Source: Alkalilimnicola ehrlichii MLHE-1
Lineage (GTDB): Bacteria > Pseudomonadota > Gammaproteobacteria > Nitrococcales > Halorhodospiraceae
Direction of reading: 5' to 3'
Length of the DNA stretch: 32,000 bases
NCBI RefSeq assembly: GCF_000014785.1
Contig: NC_008340.1
Span: forward strand, 1,020,001-1,052,000
Shown: positions 8,591 to 17,789 of the stretch, in pieces
Layout of the letters: every line of letters begins with the position of its first letter
Position numbering within the stretch: the stretch's first letter is position 1
Translations under genes and position numbers: made by a program
The notes under the pieces: model-generated
What the model was told of the DNA's origin: nothing
The model's input: the letters and a program-made list of their open reading frames with translations, nothing else
Databases searched by the model: none

Positions 8591-9255
8591 GCCGGGGGCA
8601 GCCAGCGCAGCAGGTCCTGCGGCGTGTTCAGCAGGCCATCGGCGCCCCAGCCGGCCGGGTGATCGCCGGCCCCCAGGTAGCCGAACAGGGCGGCCAGGGT
8701 CGGGCAGCCGGCATGCTGTCCGGCCTGGATATCGCGCAGGGCATCGCCGGCGGTCAGGCAACGGGCCGGCGCCACGCCCAGTGTCGCGCAGGCCGCCTCC
8801 ATGGGGTCGGGGTGGGGCTTGGGCCGTGGTGCGGTGTCACCGCAGACCACCGCCGCCGCCCGCCGGTCCAGTCCCAGCGCCGCCAGCAGGGGGTGGGTGA
8901 GCCGCGCCGGCTTGTTGGTGACGATGCCCCAGGGCAGCCCCAGTGCCTCCACCCGTGCCAGCACGGTCTCCATCCCGGGGAAGGGGCGCGTGCGCCCGGC
9001 GATATCCGCCTCGTAGTGGCGCAGCATGGCCTCGTGCAGCGCCGGCATGGCCGGGTCGTCCGGCGCCAGGGCGAAGGCGTGGCAGAGCATGACCACCGCC
9101 CCGTGGGAGACCGTGGGGCGGATGCGGGCCTCCGGCAGCGGTGACCGGCCCTGTTCGGCAAGTACCCGGTTCAGGGCCGTGGCCAGGTCCCCGGCGGTAT
9201 CCAGCAGGGTGCCGTCCAGGTCGAATAGTACCCCCTCGATGCGGGCCGCCCGCAT
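8587..9255 (-). CDS. HAD-IA phosphatase (phosphoglycolate phosphatase / MupP-like)
   Basis: 222 aa. The HAD motif I is VLFDLDGTLLDT, motif II is IVTNK, and motif IV is GDALRDIQAG. It sits directly downstream of ubiG, as in pseudomonads. Its ATG overlaps the ubiG TAA by 1 nt. Confidence 0.8.
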   Translation of the reverse strand: MRAARIEGVLFDLDGTLLDTAGDLATALNRVLAEQGRSPLPEARIRPTVSHGAVVMLCHAFALAPDDPAMPALHEAMLRHYEADIAGRTRPFPGMETVLARVEALGLPWGIVTNKPARLTHPLLAALGLDRRAAAVVCGDTAPRPKPHPDPMEAACATLGVAPARCLTAGDALRDIQAGQHAGCPTLAALFGYLGAGDHPAGWGADGLLNTPQDLLRWLPPA

Positions 9256-9998
9256 TACGACCCGGCCCGTGCCGGGCTGTGCTGGTAGTGGGCCAGGTAG
9301 TTGACGCTGGTGTCGTCGGTGAGCTTGTAGCGCTGATTCAGCGGGTTGTAGGTCAGCCCTTTCATGCTGCGCAGCACCAGATCGGCCTCGCGGGCCCAGC
9401 GGTCCAGCTCCGAGGGGCGGATGAACTGCTGCCAGTCGTGGGTGCCCTTGGGCAACAACTGCAGCAGATACTCCGCGCCCAGGATGGCGAAGAGGTAGCT
9501 CTTGGGGTTGCGATTGAGGGTGGAGAAAATCACGTGGCCGCCGGGTTTGACCAGCCGCGCGCAGGCGTGCACCGCCGAGGCCGGGTCGGGGACGTGCTCC
9601 AGCATCTCCAGACAGGTCACCGCATCGAACCGGGGCTCGTCAGAGTCGGCCAGCTCCTCCACGGTGATCTGACGGTAGGCCACCTCCACCTCCATCTCCA
9701 GCGCGTGCAGGCGCGCCACCTGCAGCGCCGCCTTGGACATGTCGATGCCGGTCACCTCGGCGCCCCGCCGGGCCATACCCTCGGCCAGCAGCCCGCCGCC
9801 GCACCCCACGTCGAGGATGCGCCGCCCCTCCAGTCCGCCCAGGCACTGGGCCACGTAGTCCAGCCGCAGCGGGTTGATGTCGTGCAGCGGCTTGCACTCC
9901 CCCTGCGGGTCCCACCAGCGCGAGGCGGCGGCGTCGAATTTGGCCACCTCGTGGTCGTGCACATTACGCCGGGTCGTGTCGGTCGCCGGGTCAGTCAT
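9255..9998 (-). CDS. ubiG: Bifunctional 3-demethylubiquinol 3-O-methyltransferase / 2-polyprenyl-6-hydroxyphenol methylase
   Basis: 247 aa. It has [33 protein letters not shown] and the SAM motif [16 protein letters not shown]. It overlaps the mtaD stop by 8 bp. Confidence 0.92.
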   Translation of the reverse strand: MTDPATDTTRRNVHDHEVAKFDAAASRWWDPQGECKPLHDINPLRLDYVAQCLGGLEGRRILDVGCGGGLLAEGMARRGAEVTGIDMSKAALQVARLHALEMEVEVAYRQITVEELADSDEPRFDAVTCLEMLEHVPDPASAVHACARLVKPGGHVIFSTLNRNPKSYLFAILGAEYLLQLLPKGTHDWQQFIRPSELDRWAREADLVLRSMKGLTYNPLNQRYKLTDDTSVNYLAHYQHSPARAGS

Positions 9999-11319
9999 GG
10001 GTGTCCTCCGGGGCGATGCGGGCCTGCCAGGCCCGGGTCCGTTCCAGGATATCGGCCTCGTTCAGGGTGGTCAGACGGCGCTCGTTGAGCAGCAGCCGGC
10101 CCGCCACCCAGACGTGGCTGACGCGCTCCCGCTGGCCGGTGTAGACCAGCTGCGAGATAGGATTGTACAGCGGTTCGGTCTCCACACCGGAGAGATCCAC
10201 CGCGCAGAGGTCGGCGTACTTGCCCGGCACCAGCGAGCCGATCTCCCCGTCCAGGCCCAGCACCCGGGCGCCGTCCAGGGTGGCCATGCGCAATGCCCGG
10301 TGGGCGGGCAGGGCCGCCGGGTTGCCGCTGTAGCCCTTGGCCAACAGCGCGGCGGTGCGCAGCTCGCCGAGCAGATCCAGGTCGTTGTTGCTGGCCGCGC
10401 CGTCGGTGCCGATGGCCACGTGGATCCCGCGCCGCTGCAGGGCGTGCACCGGGCAGAACCCGCTGCCCAGCTTCAGGTTGGACTCCGGGCAGTGGACCAC
10501 GTTGACACCGGTTTCGGCCAGCCGGTCCATCTCCGCCTCGGTGAGCTGGGTCATGTGCACGGCGATCAGCGAAGGGTTGAGCAGCCCGAGTTGGTCGAGC
10601 CGCTGCAGCGGCCGCTGACCGGTGGACTGCACGCAGTCCTCCACCTCGCCGGCGGTCTCGTGGACATGCATGTGGACCCGGGTGTCCAGTTGGTCGGCCA
10701 GCACCCGCACCCGCTTCAGCCACTCCGGCGAGACGGTGTAGGGTGCGTGAGGGGCGAACACCGTCGAGATATGCGGGTGGTTGCGCCAGGCGTCGTGCAG
10801 GGCCACGCCCTTGTCCAGGTAGTCCTCCGGCCCGCTACCGTAGGGGGTGGGCATGTCGATCACGATCATCCCCAGCACCGCGCGCATCCCCACCCGGTCC
10901 GCCAGCCGGCCGGTGACCTCCGGGAAGAAGTACATATCGGAAAAGCAGGTGGTGCCGCCGCGTAGCATCTCGGCCATCGCCAGCGCCGTGCCGTCGTGCA
11001 CGAACTCCGGCGAGACATGCCGCCCCTCCGCCGGCCAGATGTGATCCTGCAGCCAGGTCATCAGCGGCAGGTCATCGGCCAGCCCGCGCAGCAGGCTCAT
11101 GGCGTTGTGGGTGTGGGCATTGACCAGACCCGGAAGCAGTGCGTGCCGCGCCAGCCGCTGATGCTGGCCCGCCTCGTACTGCCGTTCGGCCTGGTCAGTG
11201 GGCAGACAGTCGATGATGCGCCCGTCACGGATGGCCACCGTGTGGTGGGGCAGCACGGCGTCCTCCGGCTCCACCGGGATCACCCAGCGGGCGGAGACCA
11301 GACTGTCGACCTTCTGCAT
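9991..11319 (-). CDS. mtaD: TRZ/ATZ-family amidohydrolase, 5-methylthioadenosine/S-adenosylhomocysteine deaminase-like
   Basis: 442 aa. The amidohydrolase metal motif is [14 protein letters not shown], and the later HVHETAGEV and [12 protein letters not shown] motifs are present. It lies upstream of ubiG, as the characterised P. aeruginosa MTA deaminase does (from memory). Confidence 0.8.
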   Translation of the reverse strand: MQKVDSLVSARWVIPVEPEDAVLPHHTVAIRDGRIIDCLPTDQAERQYEAGQHQRLARHALLPGLVNAHTHNAMSLLRGLADDLPLMTWLQDHIWPAEGRHVSPEFVHDGTALAMAEMLRGGTTCFSDMYFFPEVTGRLADRVGMRAVLGMIVIDMPTPYGSGPEDYLDKGVALHDAWRNHPHISTVFAPHAPYTVSPEWLKRVRVLADQLDTRVHMHVHETAGEVEDCVQSTGQRPLQRLDQLGLLNPSLIAVHMTQLTEAEMDRLAETGVNVVHCPESNLKLGSGFCPVHALQRRGIHVAIGTDGAASNNDLDLLGELRTAALLAKGYSGNPAALPAHRALRMATLDGARVLGLDGEIGSLVPGKYADLCAVDLSGVETEPLYNPISQLVYTGQRERVSHVWVAGRLLLNERRLTTLNEADILERTRAWQARIAPEDTHD

Positions 11320-11542
11320 GGCGTCACTCCCGAAACGCAGTGGCGGATGGGGCTATTGTGGCACCAACCGGGGCGGGACTCGAGTTGGGGCCCGAACCTC
11401 CCGTGGCGGGCCGGGTTTCCCAGAACCGCGCGTGTTATAACGGCGGTGGTGCCCGACTCTGGGGCCTGGTGCGCGATGCAGGGCGGAAGGGCCCCATGGG
11501 GGTGTGTTTGACCGGAATCGGGGCAGGGCGACGCGGAGTGAC

Positions 11543-12064
11543 ATGGCCGGCATGACACCGGATCAATCCCTAATCCTCATCGGCATGCCGGCGGCGGGCA
11601 AGTCCACAGTGGGCCGCCGGCTCGCCGCCCGGCTGCAGCGTCCTTTCATCGACACCGATGCCGTGATGGAGGCGCGTTGCGGCCAATCCCTCCAGGCGCT
11701 GATGGCGGAGCGCGGGGTGGAGGGGTTCCGAGCCGCCGAGGCGCGGGTGCTGTGCGACCTGCAGCCCGCTGAGCCGGCGGTGATCGCCACCGGCGGTTCA
11801 GTGGTCTATGCCGCCCGTGGGATGGCGGCGCTCCGGCGGCTCGGCACGGTCGTCTTCCTGGACTGCCCGGTGGCGGTACTGGCGCACCGGGTCGGGGACC
11901 CGGTGGCGCGGGGCATGGTAATCGCCGCCGGGCAGTCACTGGCGGCGCTGCACCGGGAACGCCTGCCCCTCTACCGGCGCTATGCGGACCATACCATCGC
12001 CTGCGATGACGACCCCCCAGAGGTGGTGGCCGGGCGGGTGCTGCGGGTGCTGTCGCTGGATTGA
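11543..12064 (+). CDS. Shikimate kinase-fold P-loop kinase (AroK/AroL-like)
   Basis: It has the Walker A motif GMPAAGKST, then FIDTDAVME...GFRAAEARVL...VIATGGSVV, which follows the shikimate kinase pattern. I prefer the ATG at 11543 (GGAG 4 nt upstream) over the ORF-track ATG at 11504. ATG 11552 is also possible. Confidence 0.65.
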   Translation: MAGMTPDQSLILIGMPAAGKSTVGRRLAARLQRPFIDTDAVMEARCGQSLQALMAERGVEGFRAAEARVLCDLQPAEPAVIATGGSVVYAARGMAALRRLGTVVFLDCPVAVLAHRVGDPVARGMVIAAGQSLAALHRERLPLYRRYADHTIACDDDPPEVVAGRVLRVLSLD

Positions 12065-12151
12065 CCCCAGCCGGCGGCCTGGCGGATGGCCCGCACCGGT
12101 GCCTGTCGCGGTACCATGGGCCCTCGCCGATAGACGCAGACCGGAGCCGCC

Positions 12152-13192
12152 ATGCCCCGCAACGACACCGTACGGGCCCTCGATTGGCAGGGCGATCACC
12201 TGAAGCTGCTGGACCAGCGCCGCCTGCCGGCGGAGACGGTCTGGCTGGACTGCCACTCCGCCGCCGACACGGCCGACGCCATCCGCGACATGGTGGTGCG
12301 CGGCGCCCCGGCCATCGGCATCGCGGCCGCTTATGGTGTGGTGCTGGCGGCCCGGGCCGCCATGGCGCGCCGGCCGGCGGATTGGCCGGCCGCGATGGCG
12401 GCGGATCTGGCCCGGTTGCGCAGCGCCCGGCCGACGGCAGTCAATCTCTTCTGGGCGCTGGACCGGATGCAGCAAGTCGTCGACAGCGACCCCGCGGATC
12501 CGCTGGCGGCGCTGGAAGCGGCCGCCGTCGCCATCCACGAGGACGACCTGACCGCCAACCGGCGCATGGGCGAGCTCGGCGCCCATCTGATCCCGGCCGG
12601 CGCCGGTGTACTGACCCACTGCAATACCGGCTCGCTGGCCACCGGCGGTTACGGCACGGCCCTGGGGGTCATCCGCAGCGCCTGGTCCGGCAAGGGGCTG
12701 TCCGCGGTCTACGCCGACGAGACCCGACCCTGGCTGCAGGGCGCCCGGCTGACCGCCTGGGAGCTGGTGGCGGACGGTATCCCGGTGCGGTTGATTGCCG
12801 AGGGGGCGGCGCCGCTGTTGATGCAGCGCGGCCGGGTGGACTGGGTCATCGTGGGCGCCGACCGGGTCGCCGCCAATGGCGACACCGCCAACAAGATCGG
12901 CACCTACGCCCTGGCCCTCGCCTGCAAGGCCCACGGGGTGAAATTCATGGTGGTGGCGCCGTCCAGCACCATCGATCTTGACTGCCCCGGAGGCGACCGC
13001 ATCCCCATCGAGGAGCGCCCGCCGGAGGAGCTGCTCTGGCTCGGCGACCGTCGGGTGGCGGCCGAGGGCGCCGGGGCCTGGAACCCGGTGTTCGACGTGA
13101 CCCCCGCGGAGCTGATCGATGTGCTGGTCACTGAGCGAGGGGTGGTTACCGATTTTGGAGGTGCTGGGGTGCGGGCGCTGATCAACGGTTGA
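12152..13192 (+). CDS. mtnA: S-methyl-5-thioribose-1-phosphate isomerase
   Basis: 346 aa. It has [42 protein letters not shown] and [19 protein letters not shown], which are classic MtnA/eIF-2B-family motifs. Confidence 0.92.
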   Translation: MPRNDTVRALDWQGDHLKLLDQRRLPAETVWLDCHSAADTADAIRDMVVRGAPAIGIAAAYGVVLAARAAMARRPADWPAAMAADLARLRSARPTAVNLFWALDRMQQVVDSDPADPLAALEAAAVAIHEDDLTANRRMGELGAHLIPAGAGVLTHCNTGSLATGGYGTALGVIRSAWSGKGLSAVYADETRPWLQGARLTAWELVADGIPVRLIAEGAAPLLMQRGRVDWVIVGADRVAANGDTANKIGTYALALACKAHGVKFMVVAPSSTIDLDCPGGDRIPIEERPPEELLWLGDRRVAAEGAGAWNPVFDVTPAELIDVLVTERGVVTDFGGAGVRALING

Positions 13193-13245
13193 ACATTACC
13201 CGCCGGTACCGGGTGACTACACTGCAAGGGCAGGAGCCCGGTGCA

Positions 13246-14658
13246 ATGGTAGGAGGCGCGGTGAAGGAACAGCACTACGACGCGGTGGTGATCGGCAGCG
13301 GTCCCGGCGGCGAGGGCGCGGCACTGGCCCTGTCGAAAAGCGGCAGGGACGTGGTGGTGGTGGAGAGCCACGGCGAGGTGGGTGGGGGCTGTACCCACTG
13401 GGGGACGATCCCCTCCAAGGCGCTGCGCCACAACGTCCGGCGCATGATGGAGTACAACACCAATCCGCTGTTCCACGACGTGGCCGCGCCCAAGCGGCTG
13501 TCGTTCCCCCGGGTGTTGAAGTTCGCGGAGCGGGTGATCAACCGGCAGGTGAACCTGCGCGCCGGTTACTACAGTCGCAACGAGATCCCGGTGCTGCACG
13601 GCCGGGCCCGGTTTCTGGACGCCCACACGGTGGAGGTGCACGGTGCCGAGGGCAAGGTGCTGCGCCTGCGCGCCGGGCACTTTCTGATCGCGACCGGCTC
13701 CCGGCCCTACCGCCCGGAGGGGGTGCCCTTCGACCACCCCCGGGTGTGCGACAGCGACAAGATCCTCTCCCTGGATCACACCCCCCGCACCATCGCCATC
13801 TACGGCGCCGGCGTGATCGGCTGCGAGTACGCCTCCATCTTCCGCGGGCTCGGGGTCAAGGTGGACCTGATCGACACCCGGGAGCGGTTGCTCACCTTCC
13901 TGGACAACGAGATCTCGGACGCCCTCAGCTACCACCTGCGGGAACTGGGCGTGTTGATCCGCCACGACGAGGCCTTTACCCAAGTGGTGCCCCGTGACGA
14001 CCACGTGGTCGTCCACCTGGACTCGGGCAAGCAGATCAAGGTGGACATCCTCCTCTGGGCCAACGGCCGTAGTGGCAACTCGGAGGACATGGGGCTGGAG
14101 GCGTTGGGCATTGAGCCCAACAGCCGCGGTCAGATCCAGGTCAATGACAATTACCAGACCGCGCAGGAGCACATCTACGCGGTGGGCGATGTGATCGGCT
14201 ACCCCAGCCTGGCCAGTGCCGCCTTCGACCAGGGACGGTTCGCCGCCTCGCACATGCTCTGTGGCCAACGCGACTACCGGCTGGTGCAGGACATCCCCAC
14301 CGGCATCTACACCATCCCCGAGATCAGCTCGCTGGGTAAGACCGAGCAGGAGCTCACCGCGGCCAAGGTGCCCTATGAGGTGGGTCACGCCTTCTTCAAG
14401 GACCTGGCCCGGGCCCAGATCGCCAACCAGGGTGTCGGCATGCTCAAGCTGCTGTTCCACCCGGAGACCCTGGAGATCCTGGGCATCCACTGCTTCGGCG
14501 ACCAGGCTGCCGAGATCGTCCACATCGGCCAGGCCATCATGGCCCAGACCGGCGAGGCCAACACCCTGATGTATTTCCTGAATACCACCTTTAACTACCC
14601 GACCATGGCCGAGGCCTATCGGGTGGCGGCGCTGAACGGCTATAACCGGCTGGGTTAG
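13246..14658 (+). CDS. sthA: Soluble pyridine nucleotide transhydrogenase (Si-specific NAD(P)+ transhydrogenase)
   Basis: It has [16 protein letters not shown] (FAD-binding), [16 protein letters not shown] (SthA-type site with a single Cys) and a second dinucleotide fold [14 protein letters not shown]. The start is set at ATG 13246 (AGGAG 9 nt upstream). The longer ORF from 13189 would overlap mtnA. Confidence 0.88.
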   Translation: MVGGAVKEQHYDAVVIGSGPGGEGAALALSKSGRDVVVVESHGEVGGGCTHWGTIPSKALRHNVRRMMEYNTNPLFHDVAAPKRLSFPRVLKFAERVINRQVNLRAGYYSRNEIPVLHGRARFLDAHTVEVHGAEGKVLRLRAGHFLIATGSRPYRPEGVPFDHPRVCDSDKILSLDHTPRTIAIYGAGVIGCEYASIFRGLGVKVDLIDTRERLLTFLDNEISDALSYHLRELGVLIRHDEAFTQVVPRDDHVVVHLDSGKQIKVDILLWANGRSGNSEDMGLEALGIEPNSRGQIQVNDNYQTAQEHIYAVGDVIGYPSLASAAFDQGRFAASHMLCGQRDYRLVQDIPTGIYTIPEISSLGKTEQELTAAKVPYEVGHAFFKDLARAQIANQGVGMLKLLFHPETLEILGIHCFGDQAAEIVHIGQAIMAQTGEANTLMYFLNTTFNYPTMAEAYRVAALNGYNRLG

Positions 14659-14678
14659 GCAGGGCGGTCAGAGGTGGT

Positions 14679-14720
14679 GACGGGTCCGGGTGGCGCCGAT
14701 GGGCGCCACCCGGACCCGTC
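14679..14720. terminator. Perfect 19-bp GC-rich hairpin between convergent sthA and ompW (candidate bidirectional terminator)
   Basis: GACGGGTCCGGGTGGCGCC (14679-14697), loop GATG, GGCGCCACCCGGACCCGTC (14702-14720). It has no clear U-tract on either side, so its function as an intrinsic terminator is unproven. Confidence 0.5.
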
Positions 14721-14775
14721 AGGGGGTGCGGCCGCGCCGGTCACCCGTTCAGTGCCGGCGCGGCAGGGACGCGGC

Positions 14776-15429
14776 TCAGAAGCGCCGGCCCAGGCTGATG
14801 CCGATCGCGGTCGGGTCGACCTCCACAGTCCCGATATCGTCGCCGTTCAGTTTCGCGTCGGTCTCGATCTCGATATAGCGCACTTCGGCATTCACGAACC
14901 AGTCCTCGGCCACCGGCACGTCCACGCCGATCTGCACGCCCAGACCCCAGGAGTCGTCCAGGGAGAGCCGGTTGCCGTCCAGCGGGCCGCTGGTCTTGGT
15001 GTCAAAGAAGTTGGTGTAGTTCAGACCCACGCCGGCATAGGGCCGGAAGGGGAGGCCGAGGTCGCTGAAGTGGTACTGCACGCTGAGGGTGGGCGGTAGC
15101 TGCTTGGTGCTGCCCACCTTGCCCAGGCCGTCCAGGCGGATGTTGTGCTCGAAGGGCAGGGCCGCCAGCAGCTCGACGCCGATGTTGGGCGTGACCATGT
15201 AGGTCAGGGTGCCGCTCAGGCGGGTGCTGTCACCGACGTCCACGTCAATGTCGTTGGCCGTCAAAGAGCCGTTGTCGGACTTGGGTGAGACCTGGTGGAA
15301 ACCGCCCCGCACCAGGATGTTGCCGGCCTCCAGGCTGGTGCCTGCGGCGAGCACCGGGGTGGTGAGTGTGGCGCCGGCAGTGGCAACGGCAATGAGTGCA
15401 GCGGTCAGGGTTTGTTTGCGCATGGACAT
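14776..15429 (-). CDS. ompW: OmpW family outer-membrane beta-barrel protein
   Basis: The start is at ATG 15427-15429, preceded by GAGGAGG. It has a signal peptide MSMRKQTLTAALIAVATAGATLTTPVLAAG. It also has AGNILVRGGFHQVSPKSDNG and ends in ...IGISLGRRF with the terminal Phe typical of outer-membrane barrels. Confidence 0.88.
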   Translation of the reverse strand: MSMRKQTLTAALIAVATAGATLTTPVLAAGTSLEAGNILVRGGFHQVSPKSDNGSLTANDIDVDVGDSTRLSGTLTYMVTPNIGVELLAALPFEHNIRLDGLGKVGSTKQLPPTLSVQYHFSDLGLPFRPYAGVGLNYTNFFDTKTSGPLDGNRLSLDDSWGLGVQIGVDVPVAEDWFVNAEVRYIEIETDAKLNGDDIGTVEVDPTAIGISLGRRF

Positions 15430-15489
15430 GGTTTGCCTCCTCTTCATTGCGGCAAGGCAAATGGTCCCGCGTGTGAGGTGGTCCGAAAC

Positions 15490-15503
15490 TTGATCCGCGG
15501 CAA
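15490..15503. promoter_or_regulatory. FNR/ANR-like box upstream of ompW
   Basis: TTGATCCGCGGCAA matches the TTGAT-N4-ATCAA consensus with one perfect half-site and a 3/5 second half. Its centre is ~67 nt upstream of the ompW ATG. I see no convincing -10 element. Confidence 0.3.
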
Positions 15504-15535
15504 ACCACAAAAAAGGTACGAAATGTAAGATGTAT

Positions 15536-15913
15536 TTAATCGATGGGCTCCACCGTCAAAGTCAATCCCTCTGCGTCAATCACCCGCACCCCTCTGCCGG
15601 CCGGCACCGGCTCGCCGTGGGCGGACCGGGCGCGCCAGCTCTCGCCGTCGACGCGGACGCGCCCCACTGGATGCAGGGCCGTGATCACCGTCGCGTGCCG
15701 CCCCACCAGGGCCTGGCCGCCGCAAGGCACCTGCCGTTCCAGCGCGGGGCGGTAGAGCGGGTAGAGCAGGGCATCCTTGAGCAGCCACACCAGAAACAGT
15801 GCCACCGCCGTGCCGGCGCTGACCCAGCCGGAGGACCAGGCCCACCACCCCAGCGAGGCGATAAGGAGCAACCCCGGGAGTTGCAGCAGGCTGTAACGGA
15901 TGAGCGGTGTCAT
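15536..15913 (-). CDS. NfeD-like membrane protein (short form with a C-terminal OB-fold)
   Basis: 125 aa. It has two N-terminal hydrophobic helices (LLQLPGLLLIASLGWWAW..., GTAVALFLVWLL) followed by LVGRHATVITALHPVGRVRVDGESWRARSA...VRVIDAEGLTLTVEP, the NfeD C-terminal pattern. Confidence 0.7.
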   Translation of the reverse strand: MTPLIRYSLLQLPGLLLIASLGWWAWSSGWVSAGTAVALFLVWLLKDALLYPLYRPALERQVPCGGQALVGRHATVITALHPVGRVRVDGESWRARSAHGEPVPAGRGVRVIDAEGLTLTVEPID

Positions 15914-16009
15914 GGCGTCATGAGTTCCCCCAGGGGGCGTTCGATGGGTGCGCCGCTGGCGTGTCCCCCACCAGCGCGGTCGCGACCTGAGTCGTCGATG
16001 GCTACTCTC

Positions 16010-16044
16010 GAAGGGTAAGGCTTAAGGGTAAGCCTTACCCCTTC
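16010..16044. promoter_or_regulatory. Operator-like palindrome in the divergent nfeD / ggt promoter region
   Basis: GAAGGG-TAAGGCTTA-AGGG-TAAGCCTTA-CCCCTTC. A perfect 9-bp inverted repeat (16016-16024 / 16029-16037) has a 4-nt spacer and complementary flanks. It is AT-richer than its surroundings and lies between two diverging genes, so it is not a terminator. Confidence 0.3.
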
Positions 16045-16165
16045 CGCCTGTCACAGGGCGGTCGTGGGTCGGAATCGGGAAACGCTCCAGGAGGCGATAT
16101 GGCTCCGGCTCAGAACTTCGGTATCAGGCTGGCGGTCTGCCGGCCCGCGGCATCTGGGGGTGGCC

Positions 16166-17752
16166 ATGCGGTTCCGTAATCCGCACCCCTCCCGGCGCAG
16201 TCCGGTGATGGCGGACAATGTGGTGGCCACCTCACAACCGCTGGCCGCCCAGGCGGGTTTGCAGGCCATGGCCGAGGGTGGTAATGCGGTGGATGCGGCC
16301 CTGGCGGCGGCCATTACCCTGACGGTGGTCGAGCCCACCGGCAACGGGGTGGGGGGTGACGCCTTTGCCCTGGTCCACGACGGCAGGCAACTGCACGGGC
16401 TGAATGCCAGCGGTCGGGCACCGGCCGGGTGGTCGCCGGCGTTTTTCGCCGGTCGCGACGGCATGCCGCCGGTGGGCTGGCACTCGGTCACCACGCCGGG
16501 GGCCGTCTCGGCGTGGACCGCGCTCTCCCGGCGCTTCGGCGCGCTGCCTTTCGCGCGCCTGTTCCAGCGGGCGGTGGCACTGGCGGAATCGGGTTTCCTG
16601 GTCACCCCAGCGGTCGCCACCCTCTGGGCCATGGGCGCCCGCCAGCTTGAGCGGCAACCGGGCTTCGCTGACACCTTCCTGCCCGGCGGGCGGGCCCCGC
16701 GCACCGGTGAGCGCTTTCGCAATCCGGACCTGGCGGCCACGCTGCAGCGGATCGCCGAGACCGGCGGCGAGGCCTTTTACCGGGGCGAACTGGCCCGGCG
16801 CATCGCCGCCGAGGCGCGCCGGCACGGCGCGGCGCTCACCGAGGCCGACCTGGACGCCCACCGGCCGGCGTGGGTGTGCCCGCTGTCGCTGCCCTACCGC
16901 GGGGTAGAGGCCCACGAGCTGCCGCCCAACGGCCAGGGCATAGCAGCCCTGATCGCCCTGGGCATCCTGGCGCACACTGAGATGCCGGAGGTGGCACCGG
17001 ACAGCATTCCGGGGCTGCATCTGCAGATCGAGGCGATGAAGCTCGCGCTGGCGGATACGCAGGCCCACGTGGCCGACCCGGAGGCCATGACAGTGGAGCC
17101 GGCGGCACTGCTCGACCCGGGCTACCTGGCCGCGCGCGCCGCGACCATCGACCGGCAGGCGGCGGGTGACCCGGGTTACGGGGTGCCGAGGCCGGGTGGG
17201 ACCGTCTATGTCACCGCGGCCGATGCGCAGGGGCGCATGGTCTCCTATATCCAGTCCAACTACCTGGGGTTCGGTTCCGGGGTGGTGATTCCGGGGACGG
17301 GGATCAGCCTGCAGAACCGTGGCGCCGGCTTCACCCTGCAGCCCGGCCATCCGAACCGGGTTGGCCCCCGCAAGCGCCCCTTTCACACCATCATCCCCGG
17401 CTTTCTGACCACGCCTGACGGGGGCCCACTGACCAGTTACGGCGTGATGGGCGGCCCCATGCAGGCCCAGGGCCACGTGCAGGTGGGCGTCCGACTGGTG
17501 GACTTCGACCAGGATCCGCAGACCGCCTGTGACGCACCCCGCTGGCGGGTCCTCGGCGGACGCCGGGTGGCGGTGGAAGCAACATTGCCGGCGCGCACTC
17601 TGGAGGGGCTGAGTGAGTTGGGGCATGAGCTCACCGTGACCGCGCCGGAGGCCGCCTTCGGCTTCGGTGGCGCCCAGGTGGCTCAGCGGCTGTCCGGAGG
17701 CTATGTGGCCGGCTCTGATCCGCGCAAGGACGGCCAGGCGGTGGGCTTCTGA
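16166..17752 (+). CDS. ggt: Gamma-glutamyltransferase family protein with no obvious signal peptide
   Basis: It has VVATSQPLAAQAGLQAMAEGGNAVDAALAAAITLTVVEP and an autoprocessing-type Thr region PGGTVYVTAADAQGRMVSYIQSNYLGFGSG, with GVMGGPMQAQGHVQ near the C-terminus. The start is placed at ATG 16166. The ORF-track ATG at 16064 adds a non-homologous leader. Confidence 0.85.
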   Translation: MRFRNPHPSRRSPVMADNVVATSQPLAAQAGLQAMAEGGNAVDAALAAAITLTVVEPTGNGVGGDAFALVHDGRQLHGLNASGRAPAGWSPAFFAGRDGMPPVGWHSVTTPGAVSAWTALSRRFGALPFARLFQRAVALAESGFLVTPAVATLWAMGARQLERQPGFADTFLPGGRAPRTGERFRNPDLAATLQRIAETGGEAFYRGELARRIAAEARRHGAALTEADLDAHRPAWVCPLSLPYRGVEAHELPPNGQGIAALIALGILAHTEMPEVAPDSIPGLHLQIEAMKLALADTQAHVADPEAMTVEPAALLDPGYLAARAATIDRQAAGDPGYGVPRPGGTVYVTAADAQGRMVSYIQSNYLGFGSGVVIPGTGISLQNRGAGFTLQPGHPNRVGPRKRPFHTIIPGFLTTPDGGPLTSYGVMGGPMQAQGHVQVGVRLVDFDQDPQTACDAPRWRVLGGRRVAVEATLPARTLEGLSELGHELTVTAPEAAFGFGGAQVAQRLSGGYVAGSDPRKDGQAVGF

Positions 17753-17768
17753 ACGGCGCCGGGACCTG

Positions 17769-17788
17769 CCGCGACGCCCCGGTCGCGG
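17769..17788. terminator. Short GC hairpin between convergent ggt and the TRAP permease
   Basis: CCGCGAC (17769-17775), loop GCCCCG, GTCGCGG (17782-17788). It lies in a 37-nt convergent gap and has no U-tract. Confidence 0.3.
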
Positions 17789-17789
17789 G

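Noticed and set aside
6434-8761. A 775-aa minus-strand ORF lies antisense to the CocE/NonD hydrolase.
   Set aside because: It is Arg/Pro/Gly/Ala/Leu-rich with no recognisable domain. It lies exactly antisense to a gene with clear family motifs and spans two real genes. This is a typical high-GC shadow ORF.
11320-11542. A possible riboswitch or leader RNA in the 223-bp divergent mtaD / kinase-mtnA intergenic region (SAM/SAH-type expected from context).
   Set aside because: I could not recognise any conserved riboswitch core or a convincing terminator/antiterminator pair by eye. A covariance-model scan would be needed, and I have no positive evidence.
13189-13245. sthA could start at ATG 13189, overlapping the mtnA stop.
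   Set aside because: The extra 19 residues ([19 protein letters not shown]) precede the normal SthA N-terminus. ATG 13246 has an AGGAG at ideal spacing and gives a typical ~470-aa protein.
12904-14523. A 539-aa minus-strand ORF lies antisense to mtnA/sthA. Similar shadows occur at 16232-17626, 19801-20865, 21071-22801, 24024-25562, 26209-27375, 27439-28938, 28706-29878 and 30118-31179.
   Set aside because: All lie antisense to genes with strong, specific homology signatures and have shadow-ORF composition. None has a credible start or Shine-Dalgarno.
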